NCBI GenBank assembly: GCA_965208905.1
Contig: OZ242365.1
Coordinates: 416,001 to 480,000, forward strand
DNA: 64,000 nt
Source of the DNA: Nitrosopumilaceae archaeon
GTDB lineage: Archaea; Thermoproteota; Nitrososphaeria; Nitrososphaerales; Nitrosopumilaceae
Reading direction: 5' to 3'
The notes beneath the pieces were generated by a model. The model had not been told where the DNA came from and ran no database searches. It saw only the letters and a list, made by a program, of their open reading frames with translations. Shown here one piece after another: positions 10,617 to 20,718 of this stretch; the stretch's first letter is position 1; each line of letters starts with the position of its first letter. Both the position numbers and the translations under genes were made by a program.

Positions 10617-11144
10617 TCAAGATCCTCTCACCTTTCTGGTAAGTGTCAGTGTATCATCAACCATCTGTCGGAGTCTCTCTTTGGTAGGTTCAGCAACAAC
10701 ACCATCCACCACATCTTGTGTGGTCATGTATACCGCTTTTGGATTTGCAATCACTTGAAAATAACTGAGTAACTGCGTAAGTAATGTTTGAACGTCGGTA
10801 AAACCAATATTTCCTGCTGCCAAAATTGCCATTCCTGCCACCTTACCTGCTGTTGCTTTGTAGTTTATGTATTCGAACAAATTTTTAAGGGCACCACTAA
10901 AAAACGAGTTATAGATGGGTGTGCCTACAATCCAAACATCTGCATCAGTAATCAGTTTGGCCGCCTTTGTTGTATCCTCGTTATACTGTATACCATACCC
11001 TCTATAACACTCAATATCATACTCGGCCAGATTAATAAATTCAACTTCTACATTTTGGGACAATATATACTCGTGCACATACTTCATGGGTATTTGAGTT
11101 ACAGAGTTTGCGCGGGGACTACCGGATATAACCACAACCTTCAT
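10617..11144 (-). CDS. NADPH-dependent FMN reductase
   Basis: ISGSPRANS, GTPIYNSFFSGALKNLFE. Confidence 0.9.
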   Translation of the reverse strand: MKVVVISGSPRANSVTQIPMKYVHEYILSQNVEVEFINLAEYDIECYRGYGIQYNEDTTKAAKLITDADVWIVGTPIYNSFFSGALKNLFEYINYKATAGKVAGMAILAAGNIGFTDVQTLLTQLLSYFQVIANPKAVYMTTQDVVDGVVAEPTKERLRQMVDDTLTLTRKVRGS

Positions 11145-11239
11145 GCGTGTAAAACATACTGCCATCTATTTAAACCAAAGTTTGCCTCTAAAATATCTGA
11201 TAAATGCAAATTTATTGGTAAATAGTTATCTAATATGCG

Positions 11240-12730
11240 ATGAATTCAGATATCTCCAAGATGCTTGTCAGATGCATTGACGACGCTGCGCCATATCGCA
11301 TATCCGGCTCGGATGTTTCACTGTTTTTAAAGTCTCCCTTCTCTTTATACTGCAAAAATTTTGTAGACCACTCCGAGATGGACTCTTACGATTATAGTCA
11401 AGAGATCTTTACAAAGTACGGTCATGACTATGAAGGTGAACTTTTGAACAAAAAGTATCCTGATATACCACACAAAAAACACAGTCAGAAAAAGCAGACA
11501 AAACACAGGAAAACAAATCCAGACAATACTCGTAAAAGGAATTTTCAAAAGACATTATACCACATGTATAATGGTACAGAGAGTCTCTTGGAACCACTAC
11601 TGTGTTTTTTGCCCTGGGGGATGCATGGCAGTCCAGATATTTTAGAACGGCAGGAGGGAGAGTCGAATTTTGGCGAATATCACTATATAGTAAAAGAGAT
11701 CAAATCATCAAAAAAGATAAAGCAGAGACATACCATGCAGGCCGCATTTTATAATATGATGTTAGGTGAAATACAAGGGTACATACCTGAGAAGTTTTAC
11801 TTGTTAAATGGAGCTGGCGATGACATAGAGTACAGCTACAAAGAGTGTAGAGAGGAGCTAGCCAGTATCTTAACAAAGATTGTTAAGATAAAGAATGGCC
11901 ACGTACCGCCTGCACTGTACGGTCGAGGTATATTTCCCTGGAGTAATTACTGTGACAAGATGGCCATACATAATGACGATATATCACTAATAAGTAAAAT
12001 TGGAGATGGTACCCGTCTAATATTAGAGGAGAATGGAATCAATACACTAACAAAATTACTAGATTATAATATGCAAAAATTACTAGAATTAAGGATAAAG
12101 CCCAAAGAAGCGCACTACTACATCACTAAAGCCACTGCATTAAAGACAAAAAGTGCTGTAGGTTTTGGGAGTGTTGTACCTATTTCATCTGTAGAGAATG
12201 AGATATTTCTAAGGCTTGATGAGGGTATGAACGGAGAGCCATACATGCTGGGAGTATTAACTCGCAACAAAAAGTCCAAAGAGTACATGTCGTTTATATC
12301 GGCAGGTCCGGGGCAGGATGATAAATTACTGTCAGAATTTTTACTACATTTAAAAAATATTAATAATTTTGAGATATATTATTGGGGAAGTGACGGTGAG
12401 ACTCCCATCACCAAATTAATTCAAAGATATCATAGTGAGAATATCATACATGATATTCCCATGGTTAATCTACAAAGTTTGGTAAACAACACAGTTGCAT
12501 TTCCCACGTATAGAGATAGACTCAAACTGATTGCTGAATGGATTGGTTTTGAGTGGTCTGATGCCGAGGCCGAGTGGGGGAAGGGTGTTATGATGTACAC
12601 AAAATATATTCAAAATACAGCCCGACAGGACTGTTTAGATTACATTATAATGTACAACAAGGACAACTGTCTGGCCATGGCTGTAATTTTGGACTGGTTG
12701 ATTGCGCAGGGCCATTTGAGGCGGGCTTGA
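11240..12730 (+). CDS. TM0106-like RecB-family nuclease with HhH and RNase H-like C-terminal region
   Basis: GSPDILE...KEIKSSK...QAAFY PD-(D/E)xK core; C-terminal AFPTY..LK.IA...GF.W and YNKDNC.A. Confidence 0.7.
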   Translation: MNSDISKMLVRCIDDAAPYRISGSDVSLFLKSPFSLYCKNFVDHSEMDSYDYSQEIFTKYGHDYEGELLNKKYPDIPHKKHSQKKQTKHRKTNPDNTRKRNFQKTLYHMYNGTESLLEPLLCFLPWGMHGSPDILERQEGESNFGEYHYIVKEIKSSKKIKQRHTMQAAFYNMMLGEIQGYIPEKFYLLNGAGDDIEYSYKECREELASILTKIVKIKNGHVPPALYGRGIFPWSNYCDKMAIHNDDISLISKIGDGTRLILEENGINTLTKLLDYNMQKLLELRIKPKEAHYYITKATALKTKSAVGFGSVVPISSVENEIFLRLDEGMNGEPYMLGVLTRNKKSKEYMSFISAGPGQDDKLLSEFLLHLKNINNFEIYYWGSDGETPITKLIQRYHSENIIHDIPMVNLQSLVNNTVAFPTYRDRLKLIAEWIGFEWSDAEAEWGKGVMMYTKYIQNTARQDCLDYIIMYNKDNCLAMAVILDWLIAQGHLRRA

Positions 12731-12796
12731 AGGGCTTCGATCCCTCGACCTGTAACTTAGGAGGCTACCGCGCTATCCATACTGCGCCACAAGCCC
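12722..12796 (-). tRNA. tRNA-Arg(CCT)
   Basis: Minus strand GGGCTTGTGGCGCAGTATGGATAGCGCGGTAGCCTCCTAAGTTACAGGTCGAGGGATCGAAGCCCTTCAAGCCCG folds as a cloverleaf. Confidence 0.93.
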
Positions 12797-12820
12797 ATAG
12801 ACAGGCATACTTGTATTAAT

Positions 12821-13525
12821 TTAAGCGTACTCTGACTCTCCCAAGGTTTTATCCAGTTCACTCCATTGTACATTGGGCTCCCCATTCCAGACCTCATAAT
12901 CTATCACATCCTTAAGTTGCAAGCGAGGCAGCCAGCCTGTCGCCTCTAAATCCGGCTTTGTGGGAAAGTCATCCACATAACCTAAACACAGATACGCCAC
13001 TGGCTCAACATGTGATGGTAAATTCAAATGTTTTTTAATTATATTATTAGACAGTATGCTGACCCAGCCAACACCCACATCCTCGGCACGAGCTGCCAAC
13101 CACAGATTCTGTATTGCGCAACAGACACTATACACTCCGGTCTGCGGTATACTCCCCCGCCCTATAACAAATGGTCCAAATCGTGTAGGGTCATACGTGA
13201 CGCATATGTTAAGATAAGACTCCATGATACCTTCGAGTTTTAATTGCATGTAATGTGAACGGCGTGGCTCCTCTACCATATTGGCAGTTTGCTCTTTCTC
13301 TTCTTCAAATGATTTTTTTATGGCTTTACGGGTTCCGGAATTTTTAACTAAAATGAAATTCCAAGGCTGAGAAAAACCTACCGATGGTGCATGGTGAGCT
13401 GCATGTAGGATACGAGCCAAGACATCAGAAGGTATTGGCTTATTTGTAAAGTATGATCTGACATCCCTGCGGGTATGTATTGCCTTGTACAAACCGGCCT
13501 TCTCCTCATCTGTAAACTCCATCAT
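12821..13525 (-). CDS. bluB: 5,6-dimethylbenzimidazole synthase (nitroreductase family)
   Basis: RRDVR, HHAPSVGFSQPWNF, LKLEGI, CAIQNLWLAARAE.VGVGWVSI, AYLCLG. Confidence 0.9.
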   Translation of the reverse strand: MMEFTDEEKAGLYKAIHTRRDVRSYFTNKPIPSDVLARILHAAHHAPSVGFSQPWNFILVKNSGTRKAIKKSFEEEKEQTANMVEEPRRSHYMQLKLEGIMESYLNICVTYDPTRFGPFVIGRGSIPQTGVYSVCCAIQNLWLAARAEDVGVGWVSILSNNIIKKHLNLPSHVEPVAYLCLGYVDDFPTKPDLEATGWLPRLQLKDVIDYEVWNGEPNVQWSELDKTLGESEYA

Positions 13526-13786
13526 ACATTCTCTAAATTTGGAATAATATACATGTAAATACAATTTTGGCTGATGGTCTAAATTATGCCATACAGGTGA
13601 CTTTACGGGGACCTTCTGTCGTGTATCATTACTACATTTTGATATTTTATGTTATATACACTGCGGACATAATCTGTTTATTTTTTTATATTGTTTGCAT
13701 TGGGCTGTCTGATTATCTCTAAAAAATTCACTCATAATTGAAACGCAGATACTAGCTATAAATTTGGACAATAGCCCACGTATATA

Positions 13787-14848
13787 ATGCAGAGACGCCA
13801 TAACCTATTACAGGAGGCTCAAAAGTGCGGATACGACTCTCTTGTGGCATTTACCCCGGAGAATTTATACTACATGACTGGCTTTTGGGGCGAGGCCGTC
13901 GGCATACTGACCCAAAATGATACAACAATAGTAGTCCCCGAACTAGAGTCTGATCGTGCCAAGGCCGAGTCACAAGACTGTATCGTGCAATCATCCGAGC
14001 GTGGAGCTCGTCTTATACCTCAGGTGTCATCATTACTTGATAAAAAAGGCAGTCCATGTACTGACTGTCCAGACTATGCCACAATGAAGATACTCTTAAA
14101 GGATGCACCAAATGTCACGCACGACACAAAACCATTTCTTAACACCCGCATGATAAAAGACAATACAGAGATTCGGAGACTACGCCAAGCATCTCGTATC
14201 ATTGATGGCCTCTTTGATACATGTACTGCTTCTATAAGGCCCGGACGTACAGAGTTGGAGTTGCAGGCCATACTAATGTCTGAAGCCATAAAACAGAACA
14301 TGTTTGACACTGGATATCCATCAACATTAAACCCCTTGATTGTTGCCAGTGGTCCCAACAGCGCCCTTCCTCACGCCCAGCCCACACGACGAAAATTCAG
14401 AGATGGTGATATGGTGACAGTGGACATTACATTGAGGTATAATGGATACATCTCTGATGCTACCCGTACATTTGGCATAGGGCATATATCAAAGAAGGCC
14501 AAAGAGGTATATGATTTAGTTAAAGAGTCGCAGATGTGTGGCTTAAAGGAGGCGGCGCCAGATGTGCTGTGCAGCACAATAGACCAAACATGTCGTGATG
14601 TTATAGATGAGGCAGGATATGGGGAATACTTTATCCATTCTACAGGACACGGTATAGGGCTTGATGTGCACGAATCACCTACAATATCAAAGTACAGTGA
14701 TTATACACTACAAGACAGGATGGCTGTAACTGTGGAACCTGGAATCTATATTCCCAAAAGATTCGGCGTCCGGATAGAGGACTCCATAATGATTGGTGGC
14801 CGCCAAAAATCCATGCATAAATTTACCAAAGATCTCATTATAATATAA
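13787..14848 (+). CDS. Xaa-Pro aminopeptidase (M24)
   Basis: SGPNSALPH, D..RYNGYISD.TRT, HSTGHGIGLDVHE, EPGIY, GVRIED. Confidence 0.92.
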   Translation: MQRRHNLLQEAQKCGYDSLVAFTPENLYYMTGFWGEAVGILTQNDTTIVVPELESDRAKAESQDCIVQSSERGARLIPQVSSLLDKKGSPCTDCPDYATMKILLKDAPNVTHDTKPFLNTRMIKDNTEIRRLRQASRIIDGLFDTCTASIRPGRTELELQAILMSEAIKQNMFDTGYPSTLNPLIVASGPNSALPHAQPTRRKFRDGDMVTVDITLRYNGYISDATRTFGIGHISKKAKEVYDLVKESQMCGLKEAAPDVLCSTIDQTCRDVIDEAGYGEYFIHSTGHGIGLDVHESPTISKYSDYTLQDRMAVTVEPGIYIPKRFGVRIEDSIMIGGRQKSMHKFTKDLIII

Positions 14849-14853
14849 TATGA

Positions 14854-15309
14854 TCAGTCATAGTAATACACCAAATCTACAATATCTTTTGAGAGATTGT
14901 TGTTTCCAGACACGCCCTCATCTGTGACATTTATGTTCATATCAAAGTATAACTCACCGTTATACGACTCAAAATCCAAGACTATTCTGTATAGGCCCCC
15001 ACCAGTATCTGTAACTATAACGTGTAGTGTGGTGGAGCGATGCTCATACACGTTACCATCTGGATATTGGTCTGCTATTCTCTCCGATATGGCCTCATAG
15101 ACGTTTATACCAGTATCATTGGGCCCTGTATAGTCAAAGAGGCTCTGTAATATTCGGGTCTCATCTGGGTTTAGTGTCTCTGGTATTATATCTTCAAGTT
15201 CGACCGCTAAAATACCTGGTACTACAAAGACTATCAGAATAGTTACACCAGCAAGATAGAATGGTGCCCTCTTCTTTAGGAACTTTTTACTCTCCCTCTC
15301 TTTCACCAT
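14854..15309 (-). CDS. membrane-anchored hypothetical protein
   Basis: Basic N-terminus plus one TM helix; tightly packed with neighbours. Confidence 0.7.
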   Translation of the reverse strand: MVKERESKKFLKKRAPFYLAGVTILIVFVVPGILAVELEDIIPETLNPDETRILQSLFDYTGPNDTGINVYEAISERIADQYPDGNVYEHRSTTLHVIVTDTGGGLYRIVLDFESYNGELYFDMNINVTDEGVSGNNNLSKDIVDLVYYYD

Positions 15310-15313
15310 GACT

Positions 15314-16141
15314 TTATACTGTTGCGCCTAAAATTAAGACTTGCCATGGGAATTCTATAATATTCTCTTTGGTGTATTGCGCAGTTCTGCGTCGTATAGC
15401 CTCTTGTAGACTGTTCCTCTCCGTTTCGGTTAATGATTCAATCTTTTGTTGGTACGGTTTAGCTAAATATTGAGTATAATTTTTCCAGTATGATGTAAAG
15501 TCGCCAGGACTGAACGTATATGTTACATCTTTTATAACTATATCAGCAAAGCCTGCATCCCTTACTAGTTTATGTAGTGGTTCTCTCTGCGCATACCTAT
15601 CTAGAGGTGGCATATCAGACCTATAAAAGTCGGGTATGTAACGGACTATCTCTTCGATGAAACATGTGTAGTATGGTGTATTTTTACCATGGACGACAAT
15701 ACCCAACCTTCCGCCCTCTTTTATAACACTCTTCAAGTTTGACAGGGCAGCAGGAGCATCCGGAAAGAAGAATATGCCAAACTGACAGGTTACCGCATCA
15801 AAGAGATGAGTAAATTTTACAGTCTCTGCATCACCATTTACAAAATCCAGATTGGGCAAAACCATATTGGTCTGTTTTGCTATATTCAGGGCAGTCTGGG
15901 ACATGTCTACTCCTACTACATATCCTTGTGTACCCACCAGCTTTATCAATTGCAATATTACAGAGCCCGTGCCACAGGCCACATCCAATACATGCTCACC
16001 TCCCTTTATACTGATCAACTCTAGCATCTTACTGGCGCAGCTAAAAGGTCCTATTGTGGGGCTTATCCACCTTTTGTGGTAGCGAGGCGCCACCTCATTC
16101 CAAATATTCATGCAAGTTTTCTTTTGAGAGGCTGCGTCCAA
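15314..16141 (-). CDS. class I SAM-dependent methyltransferase
   Basis: VLDVACGTG, GVDMS, GDAE, FDAVTCQFGIFFFPD. Confidence 0.9.
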   Translation of the reverse strand: MDAASQKKTCMNIWNEVAPRYHKRWISPTIGPFSCASKMLELISIKGGEHVLDVACGTGSVILQLIKLVGTQGYVVGVDMSQTALNIAKQTNMVLPNLDFVNGDAETVKFTHLFDAVTCQFGIFFFPDAPAALSNLKSVIKEGGRLGIVVHGKNTPYYTCFIEEIVRYIPDFYRSDMPPLDRYAQREPLHKLVRDAGFADIVIKDVTYTFSPGDFTSYWKNYTQYLAKPYQQKIESLTETERNSLQEAIRRRTAQYTKENIIEFPWQVLILGATV

Positions 16142-16406
16142 GTATATTTCTAAAAGTTATGCCAATTGTAATACTTAACGCTGCACAAAAGATATGATAC
16201 AAGAACTCTCTACGTTCAGACACCCCTTGGCATGGTTGTTATACGTGATTGTAGTTACGAACTGTCCGAAGCGAATTAAATCAAGACTAACAATGGCCAG
16301 ATAATGCCCAAGAACCTAAAATTTTCATTTTTTCTATATACACGCGCAGAAAAGTTGCCAGCCTATCTTGGTGATACCCGTGAGATACGACCCTTTTGAG
16401 AGAGAC

Positions 16407-17654
16407 TTACAGATTGGTCTTTTCTGCCCACTTCTCTTCTATCTTCTCCTTCATGAACTTGACTATATCCTGCTTCTTCTTACGTCCTGAAGTAGAGTGT
16501 GCCTCTGCATCTACTATGATTATCTTGTTATTTTCAGGGTCACTTTGGTAACCGTCCCCTACATCATTGGCCACCATAAGATCTGCCTTTGACTCTAGGA
16601 GCTTTGCCCGGGCGATTCTTATCAAATCTTCTTCGGATATGTTCACCTCGGCTTTGAATCCCACCAAGAAAGAGTCCGGAGCGGCATCGCGTATCCGGTC
16701 TATTATTTTGGGTGTCTTTGTAAAGACCAATTTTATGTCATCACCAGTACTGTCTATCTTGGAACGGTTATACTCAGAAGGGGTGTAGTCAGCCGCCGCC
16801 GCCATCATTATTACAATATCATAATGTTCTCTGGATTCGCGTATGGTGGCCTCCATCATCTCAGAGACACTAGTCACATTTATCACCTTGGCGCCGGATG
16901 GTGGCCTCTCCCGACCCGGACCATATACCATTGTGACATTACATCCATCTAGAATCAACTCCTTGGCTAATAGTACTCCAGTCATACCCGTACTCATGTT
17001 GGTTATGGCCCGTACCGGGTCTATACGCTCTAAAGTTGGGCCCGCCACCACCAATACCTTTCTGTCGCGCAGTACGGTGGGTTTTGTTAGTATGTCGGTG
17101 ACTGCATCTAACAACTCTGATGGCTCCACCACCTTTGCCTTTCCTTCTGAAATTTTAGGTGAAAGAAAGCGTACCGACTGCTCCAAAAATTTGATATTTC
17201 TTTGGACAGCCACATTATTGTATATGGCATCATGCATGGCCGGGCATATTAGAATGGGCGTCCCTGAACCAAGTGCGGTTGTCAGTATGGTGGAGAGTGC
17301 CGTGTCGTCGACACCGTTTGCCAACTTTCCTATTGTATTTGCAGTGGCCGGATATACTATAACTATGTCTGATTTTTTATGGTCTGCAATCTCTATATGC
17401 TCCATGTCTCCGCCCAAAGATGACACTGTGGGATTTCCAGTGGCCCATGTGAAGTATGTGGACGTTATCAACTTTGCGGCAGCCGGACTCTGTACGCATT
17501 GAACCGAGGCACCATGCCGCATCAACAGGCGGGCTGCCTCTATGGCTTTGTATGCGGCTACACTACCTGTTATACACATTACTATTTTTTTACCATTTAA
17601 TGCCGTCCCTTCAGAACCGGTTATATCCAAAGATGAATGTTTATCACTATACAT
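16407..17654 (-). CDS. coaBC: phosphopantothenoylcysteine decarboxylase/phosphopantothenate-cysteine ligase
   Basis: TGSVAAYK, PATANTIGKLANG, PAMH, AGPT.E.IDPVR.ITN.STG, VGFKAE, VANDV. Confidence 0.95.
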   Translation of the reverse strand: MYSDKHSSLDITGSEGTALNGKKIVMCITGSVAAYKAIEAARLLMRHGASVQCVQSPAAAKLITSTYFTWATGNPTVSSLGGDMEHIEIADHKKSDIVIVYPATANTIGKLANGVDDTALSTILTTALGSGTPILICPAMHDAIYNNVAVQRNIKFLEQSVRFLSPKISEGKAKVVEPSELLDAVTDILTKPTVLRDRKVLVVAGPTLERIDPVRAITNMSTGMTGVLLAKELILDGCNVTMVYGPGRERPPSGAKVINVTSVSEMMEATIRESREHYDIVIMMAAAADYTPSEYNRSKIDSTGDDIKLVFTKTPKIIDRIRDAAPDSFLVGFKAEVNISEEDLIRIARAKLLESKADLMVANDVGDGYQSDPENNKIIIVDAEAHSTSGRKKKQDIVKFMKEKIEEKWAEKTNL

Positions 17655-18451
17655 TATACATCATCTCCAAAGGAGTGCTCTTTAGCTGGAAACCGTTCAT
17701 TCTCCACATCCTCTTTGTATGTATGTATAGCCCATCTTATATCCTCCGATAGATTGGCGTACTGCTTTACAAACCGTAGGCTGCTTTTGTGCATTCCCAA
17801 CATATCTTGTATCACCAACACCTGACCATCACACCCCACCCCGGACCCTATTCCGATTGTGGGTATATCTACAGAATCTGTAATTGTACGCGCCGTGTGC
17901 GATGCCACCTTCTCTAGCACTATACAGAACGCCCCAGCCTCTTGTAAGGCTTGTGCGTCATTCTGTAGAACCTCTGCCGCTTCTTTATCTGCCCCCCGAA
18001 CACCATAACCGTCCAGTATTTCAGCACTTTGAGGCTGTAACCCTATGTGTCCCATCACGGGTATCCCAGCGTTTACAATACTTTGTATCGTCTCTGCTTG
18101 TTGCATGCCCCCCTCTAGTTTTACTGCATCGGCGCCACACTGTATTAGTCTCCCTGAATTTCGTATGGCTTCCTGTTTACTCACATTATACGATAAAAAG
18201 GGTAAATCTGCCACGACTAGAGCCTCCTTTCTGCCACGGGAGACGGCTCCTGCAAAGCTGCACATCTCATCCATACTGACGGGTATTGTGCTTTTATATC
18301 CCAACATAACCATCCCGGCACTATCTCCCACCAACAGAATGTCCGCGCCTCCCTCATCACAGAGCGTAGCCATTGTATAGTCGTATGCAGTGACTGTAAC
18401 TATCTTCTTTTTATTCTTCATACGTGTTATGTCCATCACCCTATTATGCAT
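17654..18451 (-). CDS. panB: 3-methyl-2-oxobutanoate hydroxymethyltransferase
   Basis: TAYD, LVGDSAGMVMLG, VKLEGG, GHIGLQPQ, IGIGSG..CDGQVLV. Confidence 0.95.
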   Translation of the reverse strand: MHNRVMDITRMKNKKKIVTVTAYDYTMATLCDEGGADILLVGDSAGMVMLGYKSTIPVSMDEMCSFAGAVSRGRKEALVVADLPFLSYNVSKQEAIRNSGRLIQCGADAVKLEGGMQQAETIQSIVNAGIPVMGHIGLQPQSAEILDGYGVRGADKEAAEVLQNDAQALQEAGAFCIVLEKVASHTARTITDSVDIPTIGIGSGVGCDGQVLVIQDMLGMHKSSLRFVKQYANLSEDIRWAIHTYKEDVENERFPAKEHSFGDDV

Positions 18452-19190
18452 CAATATATTCATCCAACCTCTCCTTGATTAATCGTACACACTCTTTTAG
18501 GTTTGCCATATTATCAAACTCGGCAATCTCGGCCAACTGTTCTGTGTGGTAGCCTTTCATCTCCTTACAATAATCAGACAATATAGGCAGGGCACGCGTT
18601 ATGTTGTCGACGATGGTGATACTGGCCGTGCGCGCAGTGCGGGAGAGTGGATTTAGGTCTATGGTTATCACCTTCTTTCCTGCATTTATTAGAGCCTGAG
18701 TTCTATCCCCATCTTCTAGAGGGACTACTACTGTGTCCGCCTGCGCTATACCATGACTTACCATCCTCCTCGCCGACTCCAACCCTTTTATCATACTATG
18801 TCGTTCAAGGCCTAACACCTCTTTGGCACCTGCCCTGTGCAACATTCCTATTATGATTCGCCGTCTCTGTATGCTGTCATAGAATAGATTCACTTCTATC
18901 TTTGAGTTGGATGCAAGTGATAGATTCACCACCTCCTTACTACATAATGCTGCTACATTTCCATTTACCGATATTACTGGATGTGATGATAGAAGTAGTG
19001 TGGCGGCCGCTGCCCGTATGGCTGCCTTGGCTGTAAGTAGAGTCTCTTCTCCTAGAATGTAGTCAAAGGCCTCTCCACGACCATGAGCCATCACTCCTTC
19101 CAATGCTACGGCGCCGCTCAGAAAGCCCGCCGATACCATCTCCCGTATACGTAGTGACTCATAACGTGGATGTGATCTTGGCACTGTCAT
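18444..19190 (-). CDS. phosphopantothenate synthetase (archaeal PPS)
   Basis: HPRYESL, AHGRGEAFDYILGE, SVNGN, EVNLF, PLEDGDR, IDLNPLSRT. Confidence 0.92.
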   Translation of the reverse strand: MTVPRSHPRYESLRIREMVSAGFLSGAVALEGVMAHGRGEAFDYILGEETLLTAKAAIRAAAATLLLSSHPVISVNGNVAALCSKEVVNLSLASNSKIEVNLFYDSIQRRRIIIGMLHRAGAKEVLGLERHSMIKGLESARRMVSHGIAQADTVVVPLEDGDRTQALINAGKKVITIDLNPLSRTARTASITIVDNITRALPILSDYCKEMKGYHTEQLAEIAEFDNMANLKECVRLIKERLDEYIDA

Positions 19191-20035
19191 TGGATTACTC
19201 GGGCCCCCTGCATGTCTATACTGGTGTTGTATACATCATATGGGCGTAGCGCATCGGTGATTATATGCTCGTCTTCTGGTGGAACCATGCAGAATATAGT
19301 CTCACCCACCATGGCGACACCACAGGGCGCACCCACATCTGTTACCCGTCTTATTACATCATTCATATCATCTGTTATGGCGCCATTTCTTTTGGCAAAT
19401 CTCATGGACAACTCCTGAAAGAGTTTCAAATCACCACCCATCACCATATCAATCATCGTGTCGTCACTTTGTATACTCTTTTGCAGAAACGCACTGGTGG
19501 ATGATGGCGCAAGACATACTATTAGAATGGCCGGGTCTCCCACATCAAGTTTTTCTATACGGCCATACCCGGGAGCGCCGCCCCGCACCCGCACCTCAAA
19601 TCCACCATGATATGCTGCCAATACGTCCCCTAGGCCACTATTGTAATGTAGCTCTACCCTGTGGGCTATCTGTCCTAATGTTATACTATCAATATTTGTC
19701 TTGAACGCTTCATTTAGCGCATATAGTGTCGATAGGGCCATCGCCCCACTAGAGCCTAATCCACATCCAACTGGCACTGTCGACTCATACTGAATATTTG
19801 CGCCGCCCACCTCTCCTGTCATATTATAAAATAGACGCGCAGTGTACTTTGTCATATCGCCCCACATGCCCCCTACAACCTCCACTCTATTCTCTTCTAT
19901 TACATGCACGGTAGCCTCCACTCCCATCTTGATGGAGAATCCCGCCCCCACTGATCCTGTCTCTTCGGGAGTATCGGCCATATCTGCCCTAAAGAAGCCA
20001 GTTATGTGAGCTGGGCAGAACGCCTTACCCTTCAT
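19187..20035 (-). CDS. pantoate kinase (GHMP family)
   Basis: PAHITGFF, GSVGAG, PVGCGLGSSG, SGLGDV; lies in the CoA operon. Confidence 0.9.
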   Translation of the reverse strand: MKGKAFCPAHITGFFRADMADTPEETGSVGAGFSIKMGVEATVHVIEENRVEVVGGMWGDMTKYTARLFYNMTGEVGGANIQYESTVPVGCGLGSSGAMALSTLYALNEAFKTNIDSITLGQIAHRVELHYNSGLGDVLAAYHGGFEVRVRGGAPGYGRIEKLDVGDPAILIVCLAPSSTSAFLQKSIQSDDTMIDMVMGGDLKLFQELSMRFAKRNGAITDDMNDVIRRVTDVGAPCGVAMVGETIFCMVPPEDEHIITDALRPYDVYNTSIDMQGARVIQ

Positions 20036-20135
20036 TTAAAGTTGTTAAAATACACTAAAAATATAAGAATATGGATTGGTCAGTGTACGTAGCCTCTCCC
20101 GCACAAGTCTGAGCGATTACACATCAGACCCCACC

Positions 20136-20687
20136 TTATACGGATGTGGCAGAACTATACATCAACACTGAACATATGGTCTTTGAGTCTTGGATTTTGC
20201 CATTACATATCATGGATATGACATCATCCAGAGGGTATGCTTCCACAGATAAAATCTCATCCTCATCAAGATTGGTTTTAGTAAAAGTTAGGCCTGTGGC
20301 CACATAGCAGTGTATTATTTCGGTGTTATACCCTATGGATGGATAGAACGATAAGAGTGGCTTTATGGATTCTGCAATGTAGCCGGTCTCCTCCTGTAAC
20401 TCTCGGCGGGCGCACTCTAAAGGGTCCTCATTCTTCTCCAAAGTTCCCGCGGGTATCTCAAGTACGTTCCCGTGAGGGAATCTGTACTGGTTTACCATTA
20501 TGATATTCTCCTTGTTGTCTATGGCCAATATGGCCGCAGCGCCCGGATGCTCAATTATCTCTCTTCGTATGCGCCTCTCCCCCAAAACACTATCGTATAT
20601 GGAGAGTCCCAACACCTTTCCTTGAAACTTTTTATCACGCTCAAACAACTCTGTATCTTTACTTGCCACTATAGAGGGCTCCGTCAC
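20136..20687 (-). CDS. NUDIX hydrolase (ADP-ribose pyrophosphatase-like)
   Basis: HPGA, QYR, EIPAG...E....CARRELQEETGY Nudix box. Confidence 0.9.
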   Translation of the reverse strand: MTEPSIVASKDTELFERDKKFQGKVLGLSIYDSVLGERRIRREIIEHPGAAAILAIDNKENIIMVNQYRFPHGNVLEIPAGTLEKNEDPLECARRELQEETGYIAESIKPLLSFYPSIGYNTEIIHCYVATGLTFTKTNLDEDEILSVEAYPLDDVISMICNGKIQDSKTICSVLMYSSATSV

Positions 20688-20718
20688 TACCTTAAATAAA
20701 GAATCTACATTATACAGT

